DNA of 64,000 nt from a virus: IMG/VR virus record IMGVR_UViG_3300044970_001982, positions 1 through 64,000 of that record. One strand, written 5' to 3'. A program made the translations under genes and the position numbers. Each line of letters begins with the position of its first letter. The first letter of the stretch is position 1. The notes beneath the pieces were generated by a model. That model was not told the origin of the DNA. It did no database searches and saw only the letters and a list, made by a program, of their open reading frames with translations. Positions 34,688 to 44,618 of this stretch are shown here, one piece after another.

Positions 34688-36622
34688 TTATTTTATTGGA
34701 CAATATCCACCTTCGCACTCCAGGCTATCAATTAAGTCAAGATTACTAGAATCTGTAAAGGTTAGATCTGATTTAATTTTTGACTTAAGTTTGAGATAAG
34801 TATCTGAATCAATCTCTTCATATGGAGCAAGATTGAAACCATGATCGCTATGAAGAAGGAAAGATACTGATTTGACCTTATTCTTATAGTTCTTTTTCAT
34901 CCACTCTTGAATTTCAGGAAGTTCTTCTTTTCTATAGTAAACTGTTACTGAAACATTGTTATCTGCCCATATTGACTGAGCTTTAACAACCCATTCCAAT
35001 TGCTGGATAGCTGTTAAGTCTTTTGCAAGAGTTGCATGCTCGGGTGTTTGACATGGGAACTCAACTACACATATGGTGTGATTTTCTTTTCCATCTAAAC
35101 CAATGTCGTATTGGACCTTATAACCTTTTTCTCTACAATAGTTAACGAGTGGATCATTAGATCCCATTCTAACTCGTCTAATGTAGTACTTGGCGTAGGC
35201 TGGATGAATTCCAGGCGTAACACCAGCTAGAAGACTTAAGGTTCCACTAGGCTTCACTGTTGTTAGTTTTATTGAAGGGTTAATATTGATATTTTTTGAC
35301 CAGTCAATATCAAAATTCTTTAAACTTTTATAAGCTTCATCAACCCAAGAAAGCTGTTCATCTGTTGCTTGCAACCACCCAGTAATACCCTGGCCTAGTC
35401 TTCTATTCTTTTCGATGACATCTTGACTCTTTTTATACGGATAAGATAGGGTTGTTATAGCCTTTTGAGTCTTGTACAAAAGCTTGCTAAGATCTAATAA
35501 TTCTTCTTTTGAAGATATATTAGGAAGGAATATCTCCGCTAGATTGCATGGTTCGCCATCCTCTAATCCAATTTCTCCACAAGGATTTGTTCCAATAACC
35601 TTGCTATCGTTTGCCTTTTCTCCTAAGCGACCATTCTTGCGAATCAGATTTCTATTAATAAGACCATAAGGCTCTCCTGATCCATCGTAGCCCTTCCAGA
35701 ACTCATCAATAATTTCTTCATAGGAGTCCGCATATATTGAATTATTTGAGTTGGCACGCCATGCTGGAATATCGCCCTTACCCCAATTCTTTGCTCTTAA
35801 GAAAAGAAAGTCATCAGGATCACCTATAGCTATTTGTGCTGATCTTCTAGCTGACCCTGCAACTACAATCTTTCCAATAATATTAGCTATGTCAAGCGCG
35901 TCAATAGATCTAATCTTTTTACCAATTCTTGAATCTAGTATGTCGCATATATTCTTTATGCCCTCAATTAATACCTCTGGTCCGGATGCTGTTCCGCCAA
36001 ATGTCTTTAGTGGAGCACCGTATCCTCTAATTAAAACTGTGCTATAGCTAAATGATTCACCTGTAAAGAAATAGCTATCCAGCACTCTACCAATTAGAGA
36101 TGACCAGCCTTTTCTAGAATCGGGAACAATAAAGTCTGCGTCATTTGATTTGATATGTTCAATTTTATCTACTTGTTTAACTTTTGGAAAATCATGGACG
36201 TTTGCTCTTTCAACAGTAAACCCTACTCCACCACCAACCATTAAGTGGTCCATTAAGAACTGAAAATCTTCTACCTTAGATATAGTTGTCATCCAACAAT
36301 TTACTAACGAAACCCCACTCATCTTCTCAACTAACGGAGTGCCTAACTGCCACAAGCAGCGTCCAGCAAAAATGCCCTTTAGATTGAAGATGTAATCAAA
36401 CAATCTTTCGGCTTCATCCTTAGTGTACCCAGCACCTATTGCCTGGGCTCCGTTTATGCAGCGTGCTATTGTTTCATGCCAATATTCTTTTCTGCCAAGA
36501 GACTCTATATCTCTAGAATATGTTCTTCTATAGACTATTTCTCCCAATCCATTAAAGCCCCATGGTGCGATTTTATCTGCGTAGGAATTTACAAACTCCT
36601 CAGAAAGAATATTGCTTTGCAT
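34688..36622 (-). CDS. nrdJ: Class II (B12-dependent) ribonucleotide reductase, monomeric RTPR type
   Basis: RRTYSR, NC, GGGVG, TNPCGE, KPSGT, C-terminal CEGGYCPIK; no nrdB nearby. Confidence 0.92.
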   Translation of the reverse strand: MQSNILSEEFVNSYADKIAPWGFNGLGEIVYRRTYSRDIESLGRKEYWHETIARCINGAQAIGAGYTKDEAERLFDYIFNLKGIFAGRCLWQLGTPLVEKMSGVSLVNCWMTTISKVEDFQFLMDHLMVGGGVGFTVERANVHDFPKVKQVDKIEHIKSNDADFIVPDSRKGWSSLIGRVLDSYFFTGESFSYSTVLIRGYGAPLKTFGGTASGPEVLIEGIKNICDILDSRIGKKIRSIDALDIANIIGKIVVAGSARRSAQIAIGDPDDFLFLRAKNWGKGDIPAWRANSNNSIYADSYEEIIDEFWKGYDGSGEPYGLINRNLIRKNGRLGEKANDSKVIGTNPCGEIGLEDGEPCNLAEIFLPNISSKEELLDLSKLLYKTQKAITTLSYPYKKSQDVIEKNRRLGQGITGWLQATDEQLSWVDEAYKSLKNFDIDWSKNININPSIKLTTVKPSGTLSLLAGVTPGIHPAYAKYYIRRVRMGSNDPLVNYCREKGYKVQYDIGLDGKENHTICVVEFPCQTPEHATLAKDLTAIQQLEWVVKAQSIWADNNVSVTVYYRKEELPEIQEWMKKNYKNKVKSVSFLLHSDHGFNLAPYEEIDSDTYLKLKSKIKSDLTFTDSSNLDLIDSLECEGGYCPIK

Positions 36623-37322
36623 TTTTTTCTCCTAAATTACTGATATATTTTTTGTTTGTTTTTAATAATTCTGCTGACTTAATCTTAACTATTTGATCTA
36701 TATTATATACCTTATGTATCTGCTTCTCAAAGAAATAGCCACTTCTCCAATTAAACACTTTATCTACATAAAGTTTGTGATTAATAAACACGTTACATAT
36801 AACTGCTCCGCCATATGCTTTAACTAAGTTTGCAAATTTTGTTTTTAAATCTGGTATATCAACATTTTCTAAATCTTCTAGATCTTCTGCTTTTCCATAG
36901 ATCCAGTTAAAAGCTTGTCTAGTAATAGGTGATATGTCTATTGGATCTATTACACCAATTGATATAACGCTACTTCTATTTTCGGAAATTTTTATATCTT
37001 CCTTTAAAACATCTATATACATAGAAAACCAGTCGTGCTGATCGAATTGCTTCCATCCAGTACACCAGAATAGTAAATTTTTTGGCTGTTCTGGTATTGG
37101 TGTTTTTTCTACAAATGGTAGTAGGGTTGCGCAAGCGATAGCTCTCTTAACATAGTTTTTTGCATCTTGTTCGTTTTTGAATTTATTTGTAGAATTCTTC
37201 CACAATGATGCTATGTGTTCTGACCAATCTATATTTGCTACATATAACTTTAGATACTTTTCAGCAACTGCGATTGATAGATTGTTTGTATCTACCACTT
37301 CTTTTGCTTGCTGTATAGACAT
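36600..37322 (-). CDS. Hypothetical protein
   Basis: 240-aa ORF heading the nrdJ operon. Confidence 0.7.
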   Translation of the reverse strand: MSIQQAKEVVDTNNLSIAVAEKYLKLYVANIDWSEHIASLWKNSTNKFKNEQDAKNYVKRAIACATLLPFVEKTPIPEQPKNLLFWCTGWKQFDQHDWFSMYIDVLKEDIKISENRSSVISIGVIDPIDISPITRQAFNWIYGKAEDLEDLENVDIPDLKTKFANLVKAYGGAVICNVFINHKLYVDKVFNWRSGYFFEKQIHKVYNIDQIVKIKSAELLKTNKKYISNLGEKNAKQYSF

Positions 37323-37377
37323 TGTAAATCCCTTATAAGTTCAGATAAAATTATGTAAACTTGTATACTAGTGTCAG

Positions 37378-37416
37378 AAAACAAGCAACCCCGTCTATTC
37401 TGACGGGGCAACTTGT
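37378..37416 (-). terminator. Terminator-like hairpin
   Basis: ACAAG..CCCCGTC-loop-GACGGGG..CTTGT followed by TTT on the minus strand. Confidence 0.65.
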
Positions 37417-37466
37417 GTTCTAAGATCTCATGCTACCATTATAGCATGGTCTTGAAGAAAATGTTG

Positions 37467-37667
37467 TTAGCTTTTGAGTGTAGCTGCAGATTCTGGGTTT
37501 CCAACTTTTGTAGCCACAAAACCCTTTATTACGCTTATGCCTGCTGCTACTGCTGCAGTCGCTGCTGACTTCAGTTCATCAACACCACCTACAGTATACA
37601 CTGCAATAAACGCCTGAGCTGCTGTCCATATTGCTCTTTCGATAATATCTTTGTGTAATTTTGTCAT
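37467..37667 (-). CDS. Holin (r1t-like)
   Basis: ERAIWTAAQAFIA...AAGISVIK. Confidence 0.7.
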   Translation of the reverse strand: MTKLHKDIIERAIWTAAQAFIAVYTVGGVDELKSAATAAVAAGISVIKGFVATKVGNPESAATLKS

Positions 37668-37677
37668 TTATAATCCT

Positions 37678-37959
37678 TTACTTTGAAAAACTTTTTCTAA
37701 CCAGCTTCTCTATAAGAAGATGAAATGTTAAACCTAGCCACACTCCTGTAAAAATACTTCCTGATAATGGTTTTTCTGTTAATCTCCAAAAAGATCTAGT
37801 TAATGTTTCAATCTTTTTAGACTTTATAGCATAAATATCGTATGCTATAATTCCTAATGCCAACCCACCCCAGGCAATGGTGCCACTTTTCCTATCTTGT
37901 TTATCAAGAATTAGGGGAGTGGAGAGGGCATCAGAGAGCTTGTGCTGAAGGGACGCCAT
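37678..37959 (-). CDS. Two-TM membrane protein
   Basis: AWGGLALGIIAYD..ETLT..W..LTFHL; probable start 37959. Confidence 0.65.
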   Translation of the reverse strand: MASLQHKLSDALSTPLILDKQDRKSGTIAWGGLALGIIAYDIYAIKSKKIETLTRSFWRLTEKPLSGSIFTGVWLGLTFHLLIEKLVRKSFSK

Positions 37960-38557
37960 ACCATTCTTGGACTTTTTCGCGACCATACTCACTCGTTACA
38001 TTAGCTTGACCATAATCAGCTGTGAATACAACTGAACTGGTGACGCCGTTATGACGAGCTGGCTGGAAGAATCCGAATGAACTAGGAGCTCCCTCTGCTT
38101 CAGTTCTTTGACCATGACCGGTGTTTGCAAAAACATTTGATGATGTAACACCGTCGAAAATATAATTGTTATAACTATAATCACTTGTTCTATCTGCATG
38201 ACCAAAGTCTGACGGGAAGGCCTTAGCTCCTGTTAATCCCTTAAACTCTAGTGGACGGAATCTTGCGCCTTCATAAGTTGCTGTACCATCAGCAAAAGTT
38301 CCTGATAGTGGATGAATGTATAGTGTAGATCCAACAAATATCTGTGACAAGAAACGATTACCAGGATGCTGACCAGTACCTGGTACATAGTGATTGTCTG
38401 GTGCACCGTCCAAAACATGGCTTGTGCTATACAAAGGATAGAATGAGTAAGTGCCTGTGCCCTTGCTCTTTCCAGTCATTGTGGTATATGGATTGACCAT
38501 TTCCGCAGTTGATCTGCCCTTTAGAACTGGTCTAGGTCCTACATAAAAAGTGGCCAT
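37931..38557 (-). CDS. Probable virion structural protein (Gly/aromatic-rich)
   Basis: AAGGAG RBS, TTACTAT upstream, adjacent to the structural module. Confidence 0.6.
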   Translation of the reverse strand: MATFYVGPRPVLKGRSTAEMVNPYTTMTGKSKGTGTYSFYPLYSTSHVLDGAPDNHYVPGTGQHPGNRFLSQIFVGSTLYIHPLSGTFADGTATYEGARFRPLEFKGLTGAKAFPSDFGHADRTSDYSYNNYIFDGVTSSNVFANTGHGQRTEAEGAPSSFGFFQPARHNGVTSSVVFTADYGQANVTSEYGREKVQEWYGVPSAQAL

Positions 38558-38589
38558 TTTATTTCTCCTTATAAAAATATTGTATGGTT

Positions 38590-38596
38590 ATAGTAA
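38590..38596 (-). promoter_or_regulatory. TTACTAT candidate late promoter
   Basis: Offset 33 nt from ATG at 38557. Confidence 0.6.
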
Positions 38597-38616
38597 TTAA
38601 AAATAAGATTTTTAAA

Positions 38617-39882
38617 CTAGTTATATTCAACAATTAAGTCTGACAAAATTGGTGGGGTACTGTCATTTGCCATATTTAAAGTAACCTCAATCCAAACATG
38701 GTTATTTGCACCGGGGTTTTCCAAAGAGTATGTTCCGCTGTCGTCGTATATTATTCGATAACTAAAAACATCATCGATTTGACTCAGGGGAACATTATAT
38801 ATCTTTGGTGTTACATTTGTAATTTCATTTATAATATCTCCAGAGGCGGGAGTATACTTAATTATTGTTCTTCCTGTTGGGAGGAACTTCTCATATCTTA
38901 TATCCAAATCTGAAAGACCATAGGTATAAATAAACTTACCTAGTTCTGTCATATAATTTCTTTGATTAAACTTTATTCTTATTGCAGTTATATCTGTTTC
39001 TGGAAATAGAAAATACAAAGGACCAGAATTTCTAACTGTATCAGATCCAGCCGTGTACCAACCACCAGGTGCAACTTTGCCAACAGCTGAAGTATCTGAA
39101 TCATAGTACGCATTTTTGTTTAGTGGTATCCAAGTATCCGAAGAAGATAGTGTAGGATTTGCTTTTGTTGTATATTCTATTGAATAAATATCGCATCCAA
39201 AAGCTGGATATGGATTTAGCTTAATCATGTTTGTTTTCAATGATCCAGCTAACTCAGCAGGTATTTTTATGTACAGCATCATTTGCGCACCAGTAGTTGG
39301 GTTTGTTTCAGAGATTACATTTCTTCTCCAAACCTTATCTGAGGCATCTAGTATTGCATTGTAGATTGGCGTTGTGTCTACGACTGCGCCAGTAGTGTCA
39401 ACTCCAGGGTATGATAGGTCTATTGTTGCCTTAAAATAGTCTGGAACTATTTGGCCTATTCCAGCTTGTCCAAACTTTAATTTTGAAAATGACCCACTGG
39501 ATACCCTGGGTAAAGATATTACATTATAGGTTGGATCAAAGCTTAACAGCTCTGTGCCAGCTACAGCAAAACTTGTTGAGATAAAACTTGAATAGTCCAA
39601 TTGAGAGAATGAATGTATGGAAAGATATCCGCTCGCCTGTTCTAATGCCGAGACTCTATCTCCAAGATCTTTTATGGCGTTTGTTAAATAAATATGATCT
39701 TTAAGTACTCGTTCAAAAACGGTACTTAATCTATTGTCTACAATGTTTGATTTATTATACAAGTATACTAAATCTTGATAATTTTCTTCTATCCTAGCAT
39801 TATAGTCTGAGCTATCTACTGGACCATTATATTTATAATCTCTTTTTTGAGTTCTGATTATATCAGCCATGTTATTCGCCAT
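38617..39882 (-). CDS. Tail/baseplate-associated structural protein (paralog family)
   Basis: N-terminal coiled coil, YTYGLSDL motif, beta-rich body. Confidence 0.65.
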   Translation of the reverse strand: MANNMADIIRTQKRDYKYNGPVDSSDYNARIEENYQDLVYLYNKSNIVDNRLSTVFERVLKDHIYLTNAIKDLGDRVSALEQASGYLSIHSFSQLDYSSFISTSFAVAGTELLSFDPTYNVISLPRVSSGSFSKLKFGQAGIGQIVPDYFKATIDLSYPGVDTTGAVVDTTPIYNAILDASDKVWRRNVISETNPTTGAQMMLYIKIPAELAGSLKTNMIKLNPYPAFGCDIYSIEYTTKANPTLSSSDTWIPLNKNAYYDSDTSAVGKVAPGGWYTAGSDTVRNSGPLYFLFPETDITAIRIKFNQRNYMTELGKFIYTYGLSDLDIRYEKFLPTGRTIIKYTPASGDIINEITNVTPKIYNVPLSQIDDVFSYRIIYDDSGTYSLENPGANNHVWIEVTLNMANDSTPPILSDLIVEYN

Positions 39883-40264
39883 TCTCTAATCTGGTAACTT
39901 TATTGAATAATCTAGATAACTTACCACTTAATTTATCGGTGGCATCTATCTGTAGGTCTTGTAGTGATGCGCCATCTTCATCTATATATATTTGTATTCC
40001 ATCTATCTCAGTAGACACTCCATCTTCCAACTTAACTTGTTCGGTATAATTTGACAGATTTGCTATAAAATAATTTAATTTATCTAAAATAGATTCATCT
40101 ACTTGATTTAACTCATTTAGTATTCTAGTAAAATCTATTTTAAGTACATTTGTTTCCACATTCTCTAATAAGCTACTTCTATTAGATTTAAACTTTAGCC
40201 TATTTATTTGCATTAAGGGTTCTCTGGGCGGATTAGCACCCGGTTTCCTATAAGTTATTGACAT
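39872..40264 (-). CDS. Small structural protein
   Basis: Coiled-coil; N-terminus resembles 38617-39882. Confidence 0.6.
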   Translation of the reverse strand: MSITYRKPGANPPREPLMQINRLKFKSNRSSLLENVETNVLKIDFTRILNELNQVDESILDKLNYFIANLSNYTEQVKLEDGVSTEIDGIQIYIDEDGASLQDLQIDATDKLSGKLSRLFNKVTRLENGE

Positions 40265-40265
40265 T

Positions 40266-42410
40266 CTAACCTTCTTCGTTATGCTTAAACTTTACTCTAA
40301 TACTGTCTATAGATGGAGATACTAATGGGTTATTGCCCCTGTATAAATCTGCTCTATACCTTACAGCTGTTATTGGATTTGATATTTCGCTAAAATACTT
40401 TATTTGAGATCTACCCTCTAGATACTTGGATGAAATAACATATCTTGATCCAAATACATTATCTATAGTAAATACAAAAGAATTATCTGACACACGCTGT
40501 CTAAATTCATATGGATCTAAATATGAAAAATAATTAATAAATAAAGTTCCATAATCTGATATATTTTTTCCAGACATAATATTAAAGGATACTAAACCTT
40601 CAAAATTCTTATCATAAGTTATTTTAATATAATTAATTCCAGTTTTAAAGTTCCATTCAATATCTCTAGATAAAGTTCCAGATGGAATATCTGCTATCAA
40701 AGTTTCATTTAAGTAGATCCCTAAATTAAAGTCAGATCTACTTTTTGAAACAGTGTGTATAACTGATATATCTCTATCACAAATTATTTTTCCATCTAAT
40801 AAACCAGAACAAATACCATTCAATCCAGGACTTATGGAACCTAACTGATTTTCTATTGTTGAAGAAACTAGAACATCAGATGAAGTTACTCCAGAAACTG
40901 ATTCCGCCCATACATTCAGTGATTTATATATTTCAACGGTATTTATACTAGACGACCTGACAATTGCATAATTCTTAAATGAATTCAATCCATTTAAAAT
41001 AAATGGTTGATTTATAACATCTTCTCCAACATTACAAATCTTATAAACAGTTTTTCCAGAATAAATAGATGTACTTGGATTCAAATCATTTATGTTTTGA
41101 GATGTTGTATTCAAATCTATTAATTCTAGGCCACCAACGATACTTGCTTGATCATATATTAGTTTAGAAATTCTATTAGTAGATTGAATATTTACTATTG
41201 TTGGATTTACATTATTATTTGCATTTGTTGGATCTATAGCTATCCAGTTGAAACCTTCTATGCCAGAAGCACCCGGTGTATCTGCTGCAACAAAGTAGTT
41301 TACTTCATAACCAGATCCAACTTGATGATCAACTTCTAGACTAACTGATTCTATTGATAATAACTTATTATCTTTTGTTGGTATTGTTATTGGTTGTGAC
41401 ACTATTGTAGATCTTTTATCGTGATACTTAGCGCCGATAAATAGATCTCTCAATCCAAAGGAGTACGAGTATGGCCTACTTGAATTATTTGAAACTTCAT
41501 CTGCTAAAGTTTTAAATAACGTTAGCCTAATACTTGAATATGTCAGAGGATTTAAAACAAAGGAAAATCTATCATAATCTTCGCGAGCATTTTTAAACTT
41601 TGTTTGAATTGGAAGATTTATATCTGACGGTGTTGCCTCTAGGATAACACCGCAGGGTGATGAAGTAAGTATGATGCCTTCAATTTTTGATACAGTTGCA
41701 TTCGATGCGACTGGTATACTAATTTGTATAGAAACAATCGAAGGACTTGAAGTGGTGTGGGTATAACTCCAGTAGGTGTCAGTTAAACCATCAAGAGCAT
41801 TATCAAAATTAGTTATTTGACTATTCTCAACAGCGGTTGTGCCATTTTCTACTACTGAAAATTTTGCTGAAGATATATTTAATATTGACGAACTGATCAT
41901 ATCAAAAACACCAGATGATATTTTTGGTATTGATGCGTTACCCATTTGGGTGTCTATATACGAACTTGTAAGATTTAAGTCAATGTTTTTTGTGGAGGAA
42001 AAATTTTCTACAAATGAATAAAAGAAACCATCAGTATTATTATTTGCAAATAGTAGTTGGTCTACTTTTCCTTCTAGTTCTCTTCTTTTTAGCTTTAAGT
42101 TTGACAACTTATTGTTAAGTGAAGTAATTGTAGACATAAGTTCATAATTGTTTTCATTTATACAATCATATAGAACTTCCATATTAAAGATGCTATTAAT
42201 CATTAATTCGTTAAGCATCATAGCGTCAACTACTTCTGAAAAATTGATTTCGTTATAATCTACTGGAAGTGGTTGTCCAAATTTATATCTAGAAAAATAT
42301 GAATTAAATATAGATCTAACAGATTGTTCTGATGGCCTTGATCCAGAAGAATAATATAGCTTATAAATATTGTTCAAAAATTTTCTTTTTTGTATAGTTG
42401 CTATATTCAT
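40266..42410 (-). CDS. Tail/baseplate-associated structural protein (paralog family)
   Basis: Coiled coil, DGLTDTYW, YSFGLRDL, SPSIDSIRVK. Confidence 0.65.
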   Translation of the reverse strand: MNIATIQKRKFLNNIYKLYYSSGSRPSEQSVRSIFNSYFSRYKFGQPLPVDYNEINFSEVVDAMMLNELMINSIFNMEVLYDCINENNYELMSTITSLNNKLSNLKLKRRELEGKVDQLLFANNNTDGFFYSFVENFSSTKNIDLNLTSSYIDTQMGNASIPKISSGVFDMISSSILNISSAKFSVVENGTTAVENSQITNFDNALDGLTDTYWSYTHTTSSPSIVSIQISIPVASNATVSKIEGIILTSSPCGVILEATPSDINLPIQTKFKNAREDYDRFSFVLNPLTYSSIRLTLFKTLADEVSNNSSRPYSYSFGLRDLFIGAKYHDKRSTIVSQPITIPTKDNKLLSIESVSLEVDHQVGSGYEVNYFVAADTPGASGIEGFNWIAIDPTNANNNVNPTIVNIQSTNRISKLIYDQASIVGGLELIDLNTTSQNINDLNPSTSIYSGKTVYKICNVGEDVINQPFILNGLNSFKNYAIVRSSSINTVEIYKSLNVWAESVSGVTSSDVLVSSTIENQLGSISPGLNGICSGLLDGKIICDRDISVIHTVSKSRSDFNLGIYLNETLIADIPSGTLSRDIEWNFKTGINYIKITYDKNFEGLVSFNIMSGKNISDYGTLFINYFSYLDPYEFRQRVSDNSFVFTIDNVFGSRYVISSKYLEGRSQIKYFSEISNPITAVRYRADLYRGNNPLVSPSIDSIRVKFKHNEEG

Positions 42411-44608
42411 GATCTCTTTACCTTAGCTATTAATTGATATGAGTATATATTTGGTGTAAAATTTTTAGAAGAAGCTTTTCTTACTTTTATCTTAACTATT
42501 ATATTTTTAACTTCTTTTGGAATTCTTGGGTCGTTTGCATAAAAAGCTCCACTTAACTGAAACTCATTAACTGTTGATTGATTGAAGTAAATTACCTCTG
42601 GGGTACTGTTAAAGTCTAGTTGAATAGGAGAAATATCTATCCAACTAGATCCACCATCTACAGATATTTGAGACTGAACAGTGCAGTCTTTTAATAGCTG
42701 TTCATCCAAAGAGGATTCCAAGCTTAACATAACAGCTTCTACAGGAAGATCAAATAAAAATGGTAGTGATACAATTTCTAGTTCATCTTGGAAAACTTCT
42801 GAATATAATTCCACATCTCTAAGGCCTATCGCCCACCGTTTTGCAGAGTATAGTTCTTTTTCGGTTTTTACTGGTACTCTATAAGTTTTGACTCTTTCAA
42901 CTGGAGTAATCGTCTGTGAGATAACCTGTACTGCAGTAACTGTTCCACCAGAAGTAATACCTTCTATAGGGTTTATAACGTACGGCGTCTCGTTTAGATA
43001 TGTAGCTACTAATGAATCATAATCCTCTTGCGCATCTTCTTCAGTTGGATAATTTATTGTTTGAATTTCATCATCAGAAACAACAATATTTTTAGTAAAT
43101 AGAGCTGTCTTTATAACTATTGGATCATTATTTTCATCTCTACCAGATTCACTAAACCACTGCTGGAAATATATATTTTCAACAGGACCCTCTTCTGGAG
43201 TTATTGAAAACTGTATAACAAAAAAGTTTCTTGCAGTTGGCTTTTTCTTAATCGAAACATTTACTGTTTTAAAAATGTCTCCAGACTTTTTAAATTCCAC
43301 AGGATTAGCTGAAGTTGGAAGAAGAGAATATCTATTGTATTCAATGCTTTCATAAATATCCCTACTTAGGGCATCTGGATTAAATCTTTCTGCATCTACG
43401 AAGGGGTTGTTTGCGTTGGCCTCTGTTGGTTTCCAATATATATGCTGTATTTGTATATCGGAACTTTCTGATTGCTTAAATTTTATTTCTGCTTTTAGTA
43501 CTTCTCTCTCCCTAAATCTTATCGTAGCCTTATTGTAGTAATAATATTTAGCCATCTGAAGATTTATGGGAATTATAGATGATCCTATAAATATGGGATT
43601 GTCTATAACATTTTCCGAAGAACCAGATTTATCATATATATTAATTTCGCTTACTTCTATAAATTTACAAGAACCAAAATATGGAGTTATATCTATACTG
43701 TTTATTTTTCTCGGTGTTCTTGTTGACAATTGTAAATTCATTTCTAGCGGCTGATCTATATTGTGACTTGACCAATCTACTAATGTAGATTCATTGGTGC
43801 TAGAGTTGCTTGTTGATGACTTTATGTACTTGAATTCATTGTCCCTTGGCGGAATAGATGGAATCGGAGAAGCTGTTGTTTTATCAACGTTTATTGCTTC
43901 ATACTCAAAATATGTTAAAGGATTAGCGTCTCTAACACTATTAAGGTTATTTAATGTTTCGCTATTTTCAAAAACAAACTTATATTCACTAGATTGATCG
44001 TCATTTACCGATCTAATAACCTGATGACTATTTCCTATGAACCCGTTAGAATCCAATATTGAAATAGCACTTACTAACATTTTTTGAGCAGATGATACAG
44101 GGAGTGATGCGATTCCATTTTTTATTAATGGATTTAAACCCTTGGTTATTTTAGTATAATCAATTAGATCATCATTTTCAAAAGAATCACCTACGTAAAC
44201 TAAATCATCAGACGGACTACGTGAATACATCTGTAATATTTTTGCTTTAGATGCTATTCTTTCTGCAAACTTTTTTTCATTTTCTATTTCTCTATTGAAT
44301 AAATTAAAAACATCAACCGTTTTTGCATTCATTAGGTCTAACTGTCTAGCTATGATTGATATATCATCTTTGCAGCTTCTAAAGAAGTTATTCATCTTTG
44401 ATGATACTGGCGGCTCCCCGTTTATGAACGGGTCATATTTTGTTAGCGTAGAGCCCAAACTATTTTTTACATCGGTAATAAGTGAAGAATATTGTTCTGC
44501 TATTTCTTCTTTTGTTATTCCAGACCTCTGATTTAATATTAGTAGAAGCTTATTAACTTTTACTAAAAGCTGCTCATATGTAAGAAGGTTGGACGATAAT
44601 TGTGTCAT
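42407..44608 (-). CDS. Tail/baseplate-associated structural protein (paralog family)
   Basis: DANPLTYFE, WAIGLRDV, TPNIYSYQL. Confidence 0.65.
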   Translation of the reverse strand: MTQLSSNLLTYEQLLVKVNKLLLILNQRSGITKEEIAEQYSSLITDVKNSLGSTLTKYDPFINGEPPVSSKMNNFFRSCKDDISIIARQLDLMNAKTVDVFNLFNREIENEKKFAERIASKAKILQMYSRSPSDDLVYVGDSFENDDLIDYTKITKGLNPLIKNGIASLPVSSAQKMLVSAISILDSNGFIGNSHQVIRSVNDDQSSEYKFVFENSETLNNLNSVRDANPLTYFEYEAINVDKTTASPIPSIPPRDNEFKYIKSSTSNSSTNESTLVDWSSHNIDQPLEMNLQLSTRTPRKINSIDITPYFGSCKFIEVSEINIYDKSGSSENVIDNPIFIGSSIIPINLQMAKYYYYNKATIRFREREVLKAEIKFKQSESSDIQIQHIYWKPTEANANNPFVDAERFNPDALSRDIYESIEYNRYSLLPTSANPVEFKKSGDIFKTVNVSIKKKPTARNFFVIQFSITPEEGPVENIYFQQWFSESGRDENNDPIVIKTALFTKNIVVSDDEIQTINYPTEEDAQEDYDSLVATYLNETPYVINPIEGITSGGTVTAVQVISQTITPVERVKTYRVPVKTEKELYSAKRWAIGLRDVELYSEVFQDELEIVSLPFLFDLPVEAVMLSLESSLDEQLLKDCTVQSQISVDGGSSWIDISPIQLDFNSTPEVIYFNQSTVNEFQLSGAFYANDPRIPKEVKNIIVKIKVRKASSKNFTPNIYSYQLIAKVKRS

Positions 44609-44618
44609 AATATTCTCT

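Noticed and set aside
20226-36622. Inteins or introns in dnaE, dnaB and nrdJ
   Set aside because: Normal lengths with continuous motifs and no splice signatures
37323-37450. Cobalamin riboswitch or NrdR boxes upstream of the nrdJ operon
   Set aside because: Too short for a B12 riboswitch, no B12 box seen and no convincing NrdR consensus
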